From Vicugna vicugna (lineage: Eukaryota): a stretch of DNA of 64,000 bases. The position numbers were made by a program, and so were the translations under genes. How positions within the stretch are numbered: the first letter of the stretch is position 1; every line of letters begins with the position of its first letter. The stretch spans positions 7,225,308 to 7,289,307 of the forward strand of contig MU063892.1 in assembly GCA_013265495.1 (NCBI GenBank). Direction: 5' to 3'. Positions 49,150 through 61,299 of the stretch are shown piece after piece. The notes below the pieces were generated by a model. The model did no database searches, was not told the origin of the DNA, and worked only from the letters and a program-made list of their open reading frames with translations.

Positions 49150-50400
49150 CCCCTTGATTTCTACAAAGGTGATACTGACTTACAGTGAGAAAGGATGATC
49201 TTTTTAATAAGCTGGATATCCACCCACAGAAATTATGTCTTGATCTCTATGTCCACCCTACATAAGAATCTATTTCAAGTGGATTTTAGAACTAAACATG
49301 AAACATAAAACAATAAAAACATATAGAAGATAACACAGGAGACTATTTCCACAACCTTGTAATAGGTAAAGAAATGGGATTCAATATACTTTCTCCATAA
49401 AGACAAAGACTGACAAGTTGGACTGCATTGAAATGAAGAACTTCCATTCTTCAGAAGATACCCCGAAAAGAGTGAAAAGGCAAGCCACGGAGTGGGAGGA
49501 GAGGTTTGCGATGTGTGTATCTAACAACGAACATATACCCAGAATTTTTTTTAAGCCTCTGCAAATCTATAAAAAGACAGGCAATCTGATGGAAAGCTGG
49601 GGAAAAGACTTGAACAGGCACTTCATAAACGTTACCCAAACAGCCAGTCAACATATGGAAAGGTGCTAAACCTCATCAGTCATCACAGAAATGCAAATTA
49701 AAACCACAATCAGACATCACAATAGCTAATACCAATTATGTTGGTGAGGATGGGGAGCAACAGGTGCTTTCCTACACTGCTTGCGGAGAGTGTACTGATG
49801 TCACGCTTTAGAGAATTACACAATGGAATCTACTAAAGCTAATCAGATACAACTTTATGACTCAGCAATTGTAAACCTTAGGTATTTACCCAACAGAAAA
49901 TTATATGATAGTGCATCAAAAGACATACATGAGAATATTCACAGCAGTGCTATTCATTATAACCTTCAACTGGCAACAACTCAAAAGTCCATCAACGATA
50001 GAATGGATAAATTGTGGCACGCCTATTCACACAATGAAACGCACACAGCAATGGTGGTGAACACAATAAAACTGCGCACAGTAACAGTGACAGATCTCGG
50101 GGCTCACCATTAAAATGTTGATCCAAAGAAGTCAGCATAAAATAATACATACTCAACGATTCACTCCATACAAAATTCAAAAACAGGTAACACTATCCGT
50201 GAAAAAAGTCAGGACAGGACCTTTGAGGTGGTAGTGACTGAGGAGGGTGCCGGCCAGGGGCTGGGGGAGGTTTCCAGGGCACTAGAATGTTCTAATTCCT
50301 TGACCTGGAGAGTTTGCTCACTTTGTGAAAATTCATTGGCTACATTCTTCTACCCTTGCTGTTAAGTATTTTACATTTCACTTTAAAAGTTTATTTAAAA
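49150..50400 (+). mobile_element. Old L1M (ME-like) 3' fragment, antisense to RGS3
   Basis: AATGAAGAACTTCCATTCTTCAGAAG, GTGAAAAGGCAAGCCAC, GAAATGCAAATTAAAACCAC, GTTGGTGAGGATG. Confidence 0.85.
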
Positions 50401-52248
50401 AGCAAACAAAAGCCCTCATCCCAGGGTATCCCCAGTTCTCTGGGCTGAGGCAGGGGCTCCTTGCTCCATGAGCCCCCTCCCTTTGCACACATCCCTGATA
50501 GCACATTCCAATGGATTCTCCCGCCCTGCTCCAAAAAGCCACTAAGCCACCTCCTGTTCAGCCAATGCCCACTCTATGTCAGATTTCACAATGAATGCCT
50601 CATCTCACCCACGTCATCTCGTTCAGTAACAGCCGCCAGTGAGGGAAGGTGCCAGGGGCACCCCCACTGCCCCCACAACTCAGTGTGTGTGCACACAGCC
50701 CTCTGTGTATACACATCATCTCACTGCCCTGATGAGGTTGGGCCCTTGCCTGAAGAAATGCAGGCACTGAGGGGTCCCACGTCTTACCCAGGGGTACCCA
50801 ACTACAAAGTGGGAGAGCTTGCCCTCCAGTCCAGAGCCCACTCCCCTGCACACATTATACGGCCTCCTCTAAGATAAGAAGAAGCATGTGGCTAGATACA
50901 CACAGGTGATTTCTATTGGCTGGGCAGGAATCATGCCTACACCACAGAAGGATAAGCAGACTAGGATGAAGGCGTGCTCCTTCGATGGACAACTGTCTGC
51001 ATCATGATTCAGCCTCACTTCCTGCAGGAAGCTTCAGTGAGACTCCGCGGCTGGGATGGAAGCTTCCCCAGGGTTCCTCTTCCCCAAGTCTCCCCATCAA
51101 AGCTATGTTGTCACCGTCCATTACATACAAAGATTGGAACTTTAATGTGTATACCTGTAGTACCTGGCCAGTGTATGGTACACAGAAGCCATCTGACACG
51201 AGTGGAGGGAAGGGAGGGAGGTAGGCAGAGAAAGCAATGCCAGAGCTGCTACTTGAATCAACTGGGATCTTCACACGAGGTCTGAGTAGTGAAGGTTTCT
51301 GTGCTCTGGGTGGACACAGTTGCAACCCTTGACTTGAGGAGGGGGACAGCCACACCACCTTCCATTCCGTGGTCCTCCTCGTGGCTGTCTCCAGCCTTTT
51401 TTCAAGGTGTGGCCAGCCACTTAGCTCCCAGAGGCTCTGCCCAGTTCTTTCTCTGCCTCTCCCCATGCCCCACCACCCTCTGCCATCCTGGCCTGAGAGT
51501 GTCTGAGCCCTGCTATGAGTCGAGGCGAACCCCACCAAGAGGTAACCGAGGACACCACGTGAGCCCTGGCTACGTCAGGGAGAGCACACCTGTTTCCAAA
51601 TAACTTACCACACCCCCTGCCTTTCTAAGTTGGGAGCTGCTGACAGTTTTCCACCAGCAGCATGAGCCCCAGTGCCAGGTGTAAGTGGGTCGGCCCATGG
51701 CAGAGGGAGAGGGTTCTGAGAAGCCCTGGGCGATCTGGAGCAGAGGGCACACCTGGCAGCTATCCATACATCTGGAGTGATGACCGAGGCCCATTGCCGG
51801 AGGAAGAGGTCTCCTGGGACCTTTTCCCCTCCCCGCTGTGCCTGGAAACTCCAGTCTCTCAAGTGACTCGTGGCCTCTCCCCTCTCCAGCTGGTTGTCCA
51901 GGCAAAGGTGGCGGCTCCCTGGGGCCAAGCCTGGCTGGCCTGTTGTGAGTGGCTCCAGCCTCTCCAGGCTTAGCGGGCTGAGCCGTAAGCAGCCTTGTTT
52001 ATCCCTGGGAGGAATGATGGTTTTCCCTGAGCAATGACATCTTGGAAACGGCCTGCCTCCACAAACAACAACAAACCTCCCAGCCTCAGCCTGGGCTCCA
52101 GTTTGCAGGAGAAGTCTTCTGACCAGAAGTGCCTGAGGAGCAGGTTGGGGGCTGCTTTCCTGAGAGGCCAGACCCTGGCCTTGACTAATGACTCTCAGAA
52201 CCCAGGAAGAGGAGAGGGTCTGCAGAGAATCGAAAATTCTCTGGATGG

Positions 52249-52395
52249 TGGAGAGGAAAAATTGCTCAGTGGTAGAGCGCATGCTTAGTGTGCATGAGGT
52301 CCTGGGTTCAATCCCTAGTACTTCCATTTAAAAAAAAAGAAAGAAAGAAAGGAGGGAGAGAGGGAGGGAGACAGAGAGAGAGAGAAAGAAAGAAA
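52249..52395 (+). mobile_element. tRNA-derived SINE, vic-1-like, with a purine microsatellite tail
   Basis: TTGCTCAGTGGTAGAGCGCATGCTTAG...GGTTCAATCCCTAGTACTTCC followed by an A/GAAA/GA tail. Degenerate TSD AAAATTCTCTGGATGG / AGAATTCTCCAGATGG. Confidence 0.8.
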
Positions 52396-54894
52396 GAATT
52401 CTCCAGATGGCTGGCTGAAGGGTCCTGGCAATAGCTGGTCCAGTCCCTGGAATTGAGCCAGAGAAAAACGCGTATTTGCCTGAGATCATCCAGTGAGCAG
52501 GGCCCAGAGTGTGCCTCGGTCTCCAGTCTGTTGGCCAGGCCAGGGCTTTCTCTACCGCACACCCTGCTTTTTCAGAGGAGAGCCAGGCTCTAGCCAGTAA
52601 GAGTGGGGGTCCTGGAAATAAATGTGTCACTAAGGGAGTCCAAAAAAAGGGAGCACCAAGATGAATACCAGGTACTCTGAGTCATCCAGCTGGAGGATAG
52701 CTGGTGTGATGGAGAGACCTGGGCAGGGGAACCAGAGACCTGGGTTCTTGTCCCTGATGTGCTACTGAGTCGCATGTAACCTCAGGCAAGTCCTTCCTTT
52801 CCTGCCTCAGTCCCCTGTCTGTCCAGAAGACAAACAGACTAAGCGATTCTAGGGCTTTGGGAGACTAAATGGGAAGAGGCTCTAAGGGTCCCCAGGAACC
52901 CAGTGGGGCAGGGGCACCCCCTCCTCAGCTGTGCCTCCTCTGGGGGAGCCAGGCAGACCACTGGCTGAGAACTACAACTCCCCTACGCACCCCATCCACT
53001 TCCCTGGTTGGTATCATCCCAAGGGTGCCCAAGCTGAGCTCCAAGCTGCTGTAGTCTATGCACAAAACCGTGAGCATTGCATTCAAACCAGCTGGGGCTG
53101 CCCCTTCCACCCTCCATGGCCCAGGCCATGGTGTGGACACCACACTATCCAACCCAGCATGACCCCTGGGTGGGCTTTCCCTGTGTCCTCAGCCAGGCTG
53201 AAGCCAAGGTTCTCCCTGCCTCATTTACCAAATCCCATTCCCCAACCCCTTGGCCCTATGGAAGCAACCCTGACATGCAGAAACTCGGGCCCCTCCAAAG
53301 GGACTCCTTGCCAGACCTCGAGTTGGTAGTGCCCACTGTCTGCCAGGCAGAGCTAGGAGACAGGCAGAAAAAAGCTGACCTGGACATTAGAGCTTGTCCT
53401 CAAGGAAACCCATCTTAGCCCCTTCTGACCATGCCCTGGGCCCCAGGCTAGGCCCTTGGGACCAAGGAATGAATAAGGTCCAGATCCCACATTAATAGGA
53501 CATGAAGCAACCACCAGGGGTACCACCACCAGTGGACAGACAGATTCTAACTGGAGTATTTGCTCTAGTCGCAGAAGTCTAGGTAGGATTAAGACCTGGA
53601 GAGAAGAGAAGAGATGAGCTTTCCTGGCAGCGGGAACAGCACATGCAAAGGCAAGAAAGCTAGGGGGTGGGATGGGGTGGTTTCACTAATACAAGTACAT
53701 ATAACCAGAAGCCCCATCAACAATCTCTGGCTCAAAGCCCTGGAGGCTTCCCAACAGGGGCTCACTCACCTCGGCTGCCTCCATCTTCACCATCCCCCTG
53801 CTGCAGCAGATGCCAGGCTGGGCCCAGAGCGAGCTGTGCTGTGGAACTTGGCTCCCTGAGGGACCCGCCCTGGGCTAAGCCTTGCCACGTGCTAGGGCTG
53901 GGGAAGAGGGGAGGTGCCCCTTGGCTGGGTGCGGAGGACTCAAGGGGCCCTGGTGGAAACTTTGACTATGGCCGCAGTGCCCTGGCTGGGATCCCGTGGG
54001 CACCGGCGGAGTAGGCACTGCAGCTCCTTCCTTCCAGGAGATATACCCACTCTAGCCATCTCAAGAGGGGAGCCAGATCGCGCCCCCTCAGCCATAAGGC
54101 CTGAGGGCAGCAGAATGTGACAAGTGTTTGGTGAGAGGTCTACTGGCCCTGTACTTAGCTGGGCATCTCAAGCCAGGAGCACCAGATTCAGAGCTGAATT
54201 TCATAGCTGAGGTTGGGGTAATGACACCCACATATCCTGTCCTCACTGTTCCAGGAGACAGATGTTCTCCACCCTGGTCCTGGCCAGAGACCTGCTGTGT
54301 GAACTTAGACACAGCCCCTCCCCTCTCTGGATTCAGGCTTTCCTCAGCTCTGGGGATCCAGGGCATAAGGGTTCTGCCTGGACACCTCAGGACAAGAGTA
54401 GAGATGTGGGGCTTTCAAGATGATCAAAGAATTAGCCTCTTCCTACTCACAGTGGCGAGCTCTGTGTGGTGGGTGGGTCCCTAACAACTACCCCCTCCCT
54501 TACGGATCTCAGCTGGAGCCAAGGGAGCAGGTGCAGGACCTTTCCCAGGGGACTCAGGAGTCAGAGCATCTCTGGTTGTACTTCTAGTGGACATTTCAGC
54601 AGAAGCCTCAGGGATCAAATACAGCCCGCAACTCTGAGATCAACCCCTGAGACTACTTCCTTCCCCAACATGGAACTAGGCAAGAATGGCCATCCTGGTG
54701 CCTGGTATGCGGTCAGCATCTCTGTTAAGATTGCCAGCACCGATGGCTGAGCGCTCCCTCCCCATGCAGTGTCCCGACTTCTGGTTACCAAACATTCCTT
54801 TCTCTCAGAAAGAAAAGCCGGTTGACCAGCCTAGAAGTGAGGAGCAGCACACAGTGGCAGCATGCCCCTAGCTCTGCAGGGCCCCCACCCCCTG

Positions 54895-54906
<12 letters not shown>

Positions 54907-54974
<68 letters not shown>
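54907..54974. repeat. Compound microsatellite (AGAC)6(AC)n; 23 consecutive AC units counted from 54929
   Basis: Seen directly. Confidence 0.95.
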
Positions 54975-54978
<4 letters not shown>

Positions 54979-55106
54979 CTATCTCAGAGCAGAACACACA
55001 TGGTTTGGCTGCAACATGCCTATCAATGGCTGCCCCAGGGAAGAAATAATAGAAACCAGGGCAAGGGGTGACATGGACAAGAGCCCCCCTCCAACCACAC
55101 ACATAC

Positions 55107-55330
55107 CCTGGCACCCAGGCACCTACCCAGCACACTCCGGCAGGGACACAGGGACTCCTGGCTGCCGCTCCTGCCAGCCCGCCCGCCCGGGTCTCCGCCC
55201 GGCTCCTCCCGCAGGCGGGCAGGCGGGCGGGCGGCTGTGGCTGTGGCAGCTTCTGGCGGCCGTGTCAAGCGGCTGCCTTCCCCAGACAGAGCTCCTTTGT
55301 GTCAGCAGAGCTATTTATGGACTTACCCAA
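55107..55330 (-). promoter_or_regulatory. Candidate internal promoter and non-coding first exon of RGS3L
   Basis: TATA-like CCATAAATAG (55320-55311), then a CpG/GC-box-rich stretch (~55275-55135), then two good donors TGG|GTAGGT (55126) and AGG|GTATGT (55106). Lies 16 kb upstream of the MFES exon. Confidence 0.55.
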
Positions 55331-55431
55331 GTTCCCTAGGGGAGCGATACCTGCTGGGAAAAGCAGAACCAAATGACCAGGTTCCACCTCCCACATCTAG
55401 GTAGCGTTTTCAAAACCCTTGCATCACTCGT

Positions 55432-55491
55432 CCCTCCTCCTCTTCCTCCTCCTCCTGTTTGCCCTCCTCCTCTTCCTCCTCCTCCTCCTCC
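55432..55491. repeat. Duplicated (CCT)n polypyrimidine tract
   Basis: CCCTCCTCCTCTTCCTCCTCCTCCT occurs twice, separated by GTTTG. Confidence 0.9.
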
Positions 55492-56262
55492 AGCGCCCTT
55501 CCCAAACACACACCCTATCCAGCCAGCTGCCGCCACCCTGGAGACAGGCTGGATTTCTTTCTTCCATCAGATAGAAAACTCTGTGATTTCCCAAGACACT
55601 TTCATCTGAGAAGGAGTCTGGGGTGTCTAGAGGAAGAGTCCTCGGCCACCCTGTCCTTCAGCCTGCAAGGAGCCCAGCCAGCTTCTGGGTTATAGGCTCA
55701 CATGCGCCAGCCCTGGCTTCCGTGCCGCCAGTCCCCAGGACCCAGCCTGGCCCCTCAAGAGCCGCTCTGGAAGGAAAGGAGTTCATCGCTCACAGCGGCA
55801 TTCCTTGGCACTGGGATCCCGAGCCGGCTGCACCCCACACGCATCCTAAAGGGGTCCCTCAGCTGGGGCAGCGCAAACCACTGGCCGAGGCTCCAGCTCC
55901 CAGGCTGGACGGAGCCAATCACCGAGGCTTCCCGGTCACACCCCCACCCCCACACTGCTCCCATCCCAGTGGGCGGCTGCAATTTAACCCAGGGTCCTGC
56001 AGCTTATACACACTGACTCCAAGAATGCCACCGCCCCCGGGTGGGGGAGTGGCTGCTTCAGTCACCTCCCAGCAGCAACATCCAGCACAGCCCAACACAT
56101 GTTTTTATTTAGCTCTTTCGCGTGCCTAATCTGAGGAATCAGAGATGGACAGAGAGCCTGGGGCTTCCTCCCCGCAAAACGATGGCTGAGAGGGGCACGT
56201 TACAACAGCCCAAAAGTTAGGCTCAGAAGTGAAGGAGGAGTCCCTAAGAGAGGGACGGGGGA

Positions 56263-56286
56263 GGGGGGGGGGGGGGGGGGGGGGGG
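56263..56286 (+). repeat. Poly-G run (24 nt)
   Basis: Seen directly; the length may be assembly-dependent. Confidence 0.85.
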
Positions 56287-56324
56287 CAGGGAGGAAGAGC
56301 ACTGGACTGGGAGGTGACTGGTCC

Positions 56325-56630
56325 CCAGTTCAGGTTCTAGCTCAAGTCCTGCTTGGCTGGGTATCCCTGCCCATCTACCTGGGTTTCCTCATCTGTAGAA
56401 TCGGGCTGACAACCCTTGACCTGCTCACCCGTGGGATTAACAGAGGATTCAGTGATCCAGCGTCAGGCACTACTTTGAGAGCTTGCCCTTCATTAATTCA
56501 TTTAATCCTCACCAGCACCTTGTGAGGCAGGGACTAGTATTACCCTATTTATAGATGAAGAATCCAAGGTACAGAATGGTAGCAGAAGGTGCCCATAGCT
56601 AGTTTTGGCTGTGAAGCCGGGATTGAAGAC
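56325..56630. mobile_element. Tail-to-tail MIR pair (+ then -)
   Basis: GGTTTCCTCATCTGTAGAATCGGG followed by TTTAATCCTCACCAGCACCTTGTGAGG...TTATAGATGAAG. Confidence 0.65.
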
Positions 56631-57781
56631 TAGTAGGTCCAACTGCAGGGTGCCCAGTCCAAACCACTGCGCAGCCCCACCAGGACAGGAAGCTGTTTTG
56701 CCAGCGCAAAGCTATTTGACACTGAGGCTATCACTGCTGCAGCTGGTTGTCTGATGTCAACAAACATTGCCTGGGCTGTGCCCAGATGTCTGTCCCATAG
56801 CCAGCTCCAGCCTGAACATGCTTACCACTGAAGTGGCAGGTGCCTCAGATGTCGGCCCAGAAGGAATGGGGCAGAAGGAGCCCCTATCCTCGCTTCCTAC
56901 CTTGGCCCACCTCAGCCACCCTGAGCTTAAGTGCTGTCCCTCTGCCTCTTACTCTCCCTGTATTTGTCTCAGTGTCTCTGAATATCTATCTATGCCTGCT
57001 TCCCTGATTCTGTCTCTGACTCTCTATCCCTGTCTCTCTCACACATATGAGCTGACAAAGAAAACATCCTTTATGAGGGTCAACTCGGTATAGCCCTCAT
57101 CTGAGCCAGTCACTTACACACTCTAATCAATGCTTTGTCTTGTCCCTGGGTGCAGAGCCAAGTCAGTCCTTGCAGGGCTCAAGAACCTTCCAAATTGGAA
57201 GCCTGTCATCCTGCAGGTTCCCGGGAAGCAGGGCCCACTCTTGTCCTGGGAAACTAAGGTGGTGAGTCTCAGACGGCCAGTTCCAGTGGGGGCTGACCAA
57301 TTCCCAGTGGGGCTGACAGTTCCCAGGATGGAATTTCTGGTGCTGGGGATAAGACTTCTTAGGGTGGAGAGCCTGAGTATAGGGTTCCTTGAGATAAGAG
57401 GAGTCCTTGAGTTCAGCTGGGTCTTTACCTCTCAATCATCAGAAAGTTCTGGAGCACCAACTATATGCCAGGCTCTGTGCTGGGCCCCGGGGATGCGGTG
57501 GAGAATGGGCAGATGGGGTCCCTGCACTCACCAAGCCGACAGCTCAGTGACGGAGACAGACAGTAGATGCACAGTCCTACTAGTGAGCCCCTCGTTAGAC
57601 ACTGTGACACAACGGGTAGAGCAGCCCTGCCAACCCACGGCGCTGGGTCCAGAACAGATCCAGAATGCACTCATCAGTGCTCTGGGCCACAAGGATAATG
57701 AGGAAAGGGCACAGCAGTTCAGTGCTCCGAGGCCCACGACCAGGCTAGGATAGCATCTAAGGCCTGAGGAGCCCAGGCAGC

Positions 57782-58620
57782 CACTGGCCCCTGCCTCTCC
57801 ATAGCTCCAGGCACAAACCAACAAAGCACGTGGACCCTCCCGGTGTACAGCCTGGGTAGGACTGTGGAGAGTCACTGATGGGCACGCTATCTAAACTGGA
57901 TCAGCACCTGGGCATTCGGGGCCTGGAACCCATGTACTGACTCACGTATTTTATTTAAAATTTCTTTGACACAGTATGTGACAGTGCTGACTGTCCAAAG
58001 CAGTTCCCTATTATCAATTCACGAAATCTTCATAATCCTATCAGATATGTTTACTGTCCCCATTTTACAGATAGGTAAACAGAGGCAGAGATTATGAAAC
58101 CTGCTCAAGGTCACCAGTTAAGTGCAGAGCTACAGATCAAACCCAGCCCACTTTCCAATGTTCCCTGCACCACTGCACCAGGAGGCCCACGGTACAGACG
58201 AGCCCTCTGGCTACATACTGAGAAGCCACAGCCCAGCCATGCAGGCAAATGTCTCACTGTTCAGTCAAGCTGGCAGCAGCTCCCGGGCTAGGACCAGGGA
58301 GGTTTAGCAGGGAGCCAGTGTGTGTGCACCTCCCATTTTAAGGGGGGCAGCATCCCCAGGCAGAGCCCAAGGCTGCAGAGAGACCCTTCTGGAGATGTGG
58401 CAGCAGCAGGATGCAGCCCAGACGCCCTTACAGGCCGCTCCCCTGCAGGAACAGCACAGCAAGGCTCCCACTGTCTTCCTTCACTGCCTCCCTGGGTTAA
58501 GCCCGATACACCCAGACTTGTGCTCACTGCCCTCTGCCTCTCTATAGATCCAGACACAAATCAACAAAACATGTGGACCCTCCCAGTGCACAGCCTGGGG
58601 CAGGATGGGAGAGTCACTGA
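57782..58620 (+). repeat. Diverged ~97-bp direct repeat (57782-57878 and 58525-58620)
   Basis: About 85% identity by hand alignment, with mostly transition differences. Confidence 0.85.
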
Positions 58621-59779
58621 CAGCTGTCAGTCATGAGCCCTGCATAGATGGAAACCCACTGACCTTCCTTCCCTCGGGCAGGCTCCACCTGGGGGAGGCT
58701 GAACCTTGGCAATGCCCTCCTCAAAAAAAGGAGGGTACCTGTCAAAGGCTATTTAATGAGCTTCCCTGTCTTAGCTTCTGATCCAAAGTCCACCAGGATT
58801 TTATTCCAGGATGGGGAGGAGAGTGATGCCACAGTGGCAGAAATGAGCACAGGCCAGGGACAGGTGTGGCCCCAGGAATTTCAGAGCATATGACAGATAA
58901 GACCACCCCAGCCCCCACCAGCAGCTGCTCAGGCTTTCATTACCTTGGACAATGAAAGGGCCAGGCCTGTGCTTGGTGACACGGGGGTAACAGAAGGCTG
59001 GGCTGGGACACAGTGGCCCCACCTTCTACAGAGTCCTGCCCCTGCCCCAACCTGTTACAGAAGAGGGTGATGCCCCGGGCCGCCCTGGGAAGCTGTGGAA
59101 GTATCTGTATATGCCCATCCAGCCCAACTTCTGAATCTGCTAACCCACTTAGGAAGTTCTGGGCCTTTACTCATTGGGTCTCACAGCCCTGGTTTGGGGG
59201 TCTACAGATTCCATGCAGAAAGGCCCTCCCCATGGAACAGTGGGCCAAGAAATGTTTACTGGTTACTTCAGTAACTACTGAATCCCTACTACGTGCTAGG
59301 GCTTGTGCTCAGAACTATGGACACAGACAGGGAAGCAGCCTGCTCTTCCGATCCAACCTGGAGGGTGGGCTCAGCCGACCCTGGCGCTGACTCTTCAAGC
59401 AGGAACTGTCCTGCCGTGTCCTGGCCTCTATCACCCTAACATCAGGGCAGGGCGCACACTCTCCCACTGGTTGCTAAGGTGCACCAGGCTCTTCCTGGGG
59501 CACGTGCCTTGTTCTCGGGGGCCCAGTCTGCAAGTGGTGGGGTGGGGCAGGACAGAGCAGGTATCCATCCTCAGGTTCAAATTCACAGGGAGTTCTGGCC
59601 TGTAGTCTGAAGAACCCAGGGCAGGTCCCTTCCCCCTTACTGGCCTCAGTCTTCCATCCCCAAATGAGGCCAGAGATGGGTGTCCCATGGCCCAAGTTCC
59701 ACTCCTCGCCTTCAAGAGTCAGTCTCGGGCCCCACCAGGTTCTCTCACTAAAGAATTAGGTTCTGTCCATGATGTTTAG

Positions 59780-59975
59780 AAAGAACACAGAATTTGCAGT
59801 CCAAAAAAATCTGAATGTGAGTCATCTTGGGCAAGTCACTTTCAGGTCTCTGAGTCTCAGTTTCCTCATCTATAAAATGGGGCTATCACAACCTGCCTCC
59901 ATGGGCCCTGCGGAGACTAAAGGAGGTAGGGCACGTGGAGCGCCTGGCACATGCTAGTTCTCAATAAATAAGAGC
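59780..59975 (+). mobile_element. MIR
   Basis: CATCTTGGGCAAGTCACTT...CTCAGTTTCCTCATCTATAAAATGGGG...GCCTGGCACATG. Confidence 0.8.
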
Positions 59976-61299
59976 CACCGTTGCTGCTGGGTTGTCATTA
60001 TTGCTGCTATCTGCAAAAGGACAGAATTGACCTTGAGTGGGCTGGTGTGAAGAGTAACGTTAAATCTGAAAATATCTGCTGAGGGTCTAATGGATGAGGG
60101 CTTAACGTGGTGCTAGTTGTGCTAAGAGCTGTTAATCATTAACGTTCATTGAGCAACAGGCTACTATCATCATCCCCATCTTACAGGTGGGAAAACTAAG
60201 GTACAGAAATGTTCCATGGCAAAACAGGCAGCATGGCTCCAAGGCGTATGGCTCTCAATCTGTAAGCCCTGCCCTGACACATGTTCCCTGACCATGTCCC
60301 TGCCCATGCCTTCTGCCTCTTCCTCAGCAACTCCCAGCAGCAAGGACAATTCCCAGTCTGCTCACGGGAACTGAATCTCCCCACCACAGCAAGGGGAAGC
60401 CCACAAACAGCAAAAGCCAGGAGACACATGTGCCCCAGAACAGCTGGTCTTGAGAACTGTCACTGGCCAGCCTCTGCCTCCAGCCTGGGGCACACATCAC
60501 AGTCACCTCAGCAGCATCAGTCTGACCTCGAGCAGCTGCAGTGGCACAGGATGGCCAAGAGCCACGACCATCTCCTTTCCTGGCTCCAGGCCAACCAGCC
60601 ACATGCTGGCCTGAGATTTCAGGCTTCTGGGAGCAATCCTTGACCCATTGCACTTGTGCCAGCTCTAAGGTCAGGCTGTCCTGACAACTGGAGTTCCTGG
60701 GAAGTGATCGGCACAGATGTGGAGACCGGCCCTGTGACCTCAGCCCTTAGACGCAGTTCATCCACAGGCTCCCCAAGTTCACCCCCTGCTTGGACTGTTG
60801 GGCCTAAGTCCAGGTCACCAAAACCGACGGTGAGCTGGCGAAAAGACTGGACTGAAATGCTGGCTTTCCCACTGCTGTCTGCAAGACCTGGGGTAAGACC
60901 AGTCTCTTCCCTGGACCTCAGTTTCCCTGTCTCTAAAATGGGTGCTGGGATGGAAGAGATTAGTGCTACTCAGCATGTGGTCTGCAGAATGTACTTACTG
61001 GTCCACAAACTGCCTGTTACTGCTTTACAGGCAGCAAAATCAAGAGGATTTAAAAACTTTAGTAGCAACTTGCCATTGCCATGACAGCCAAGTGCAAGAT
61101 GGTGGATTGATCTGATTGAATAGAGTACAAGGCTGGTTCGGGTGCTGTCAAGCCAGCACGAGATATTATACACAGTATGTGTTTTAACAAAAGCATGAGG
61201 CTCTTCACCGCAGGCGATTTAAGAAGCCCTGCTCTACATGCTCTACATGTCCTTGTTTCTGTGAGAACTCACTAACTAGGCCTCTATCACAGGACTCAC

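Noticed and set aside
51605-52327. 240-aa minus-strand ORF and nearby splice-like motifs (acceptor ~52133, donor 51608)
   Set aside because: The ORF starts inside the antisense SINE, and no frame matches the RGS3 PH-like or PDZ exons as I recall them.
54080-54093. Partial CTCF motif GGCTGAGGGGGCGC (-)
   Set aside because: The 5' half of the core is mismatched, so it is too weak to call.
56263-56286. Poly-G as a stand-alone functional G-quadruplex
   Set aside because: Long G homopolymers are error-prone in assemblies, so it is kept only as part of the non-B-DNA observation.
57130-57753. 207-aa plus-strand ORF
   Set aside because: No domain, and it runs into an L2 remnant.
58105-58113. ERR/NR5A motif TCAAGGTCA
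   Set aside because: It derives from the MIR consensus CCCAAGGTCAC, which is ubiquitous in this window.
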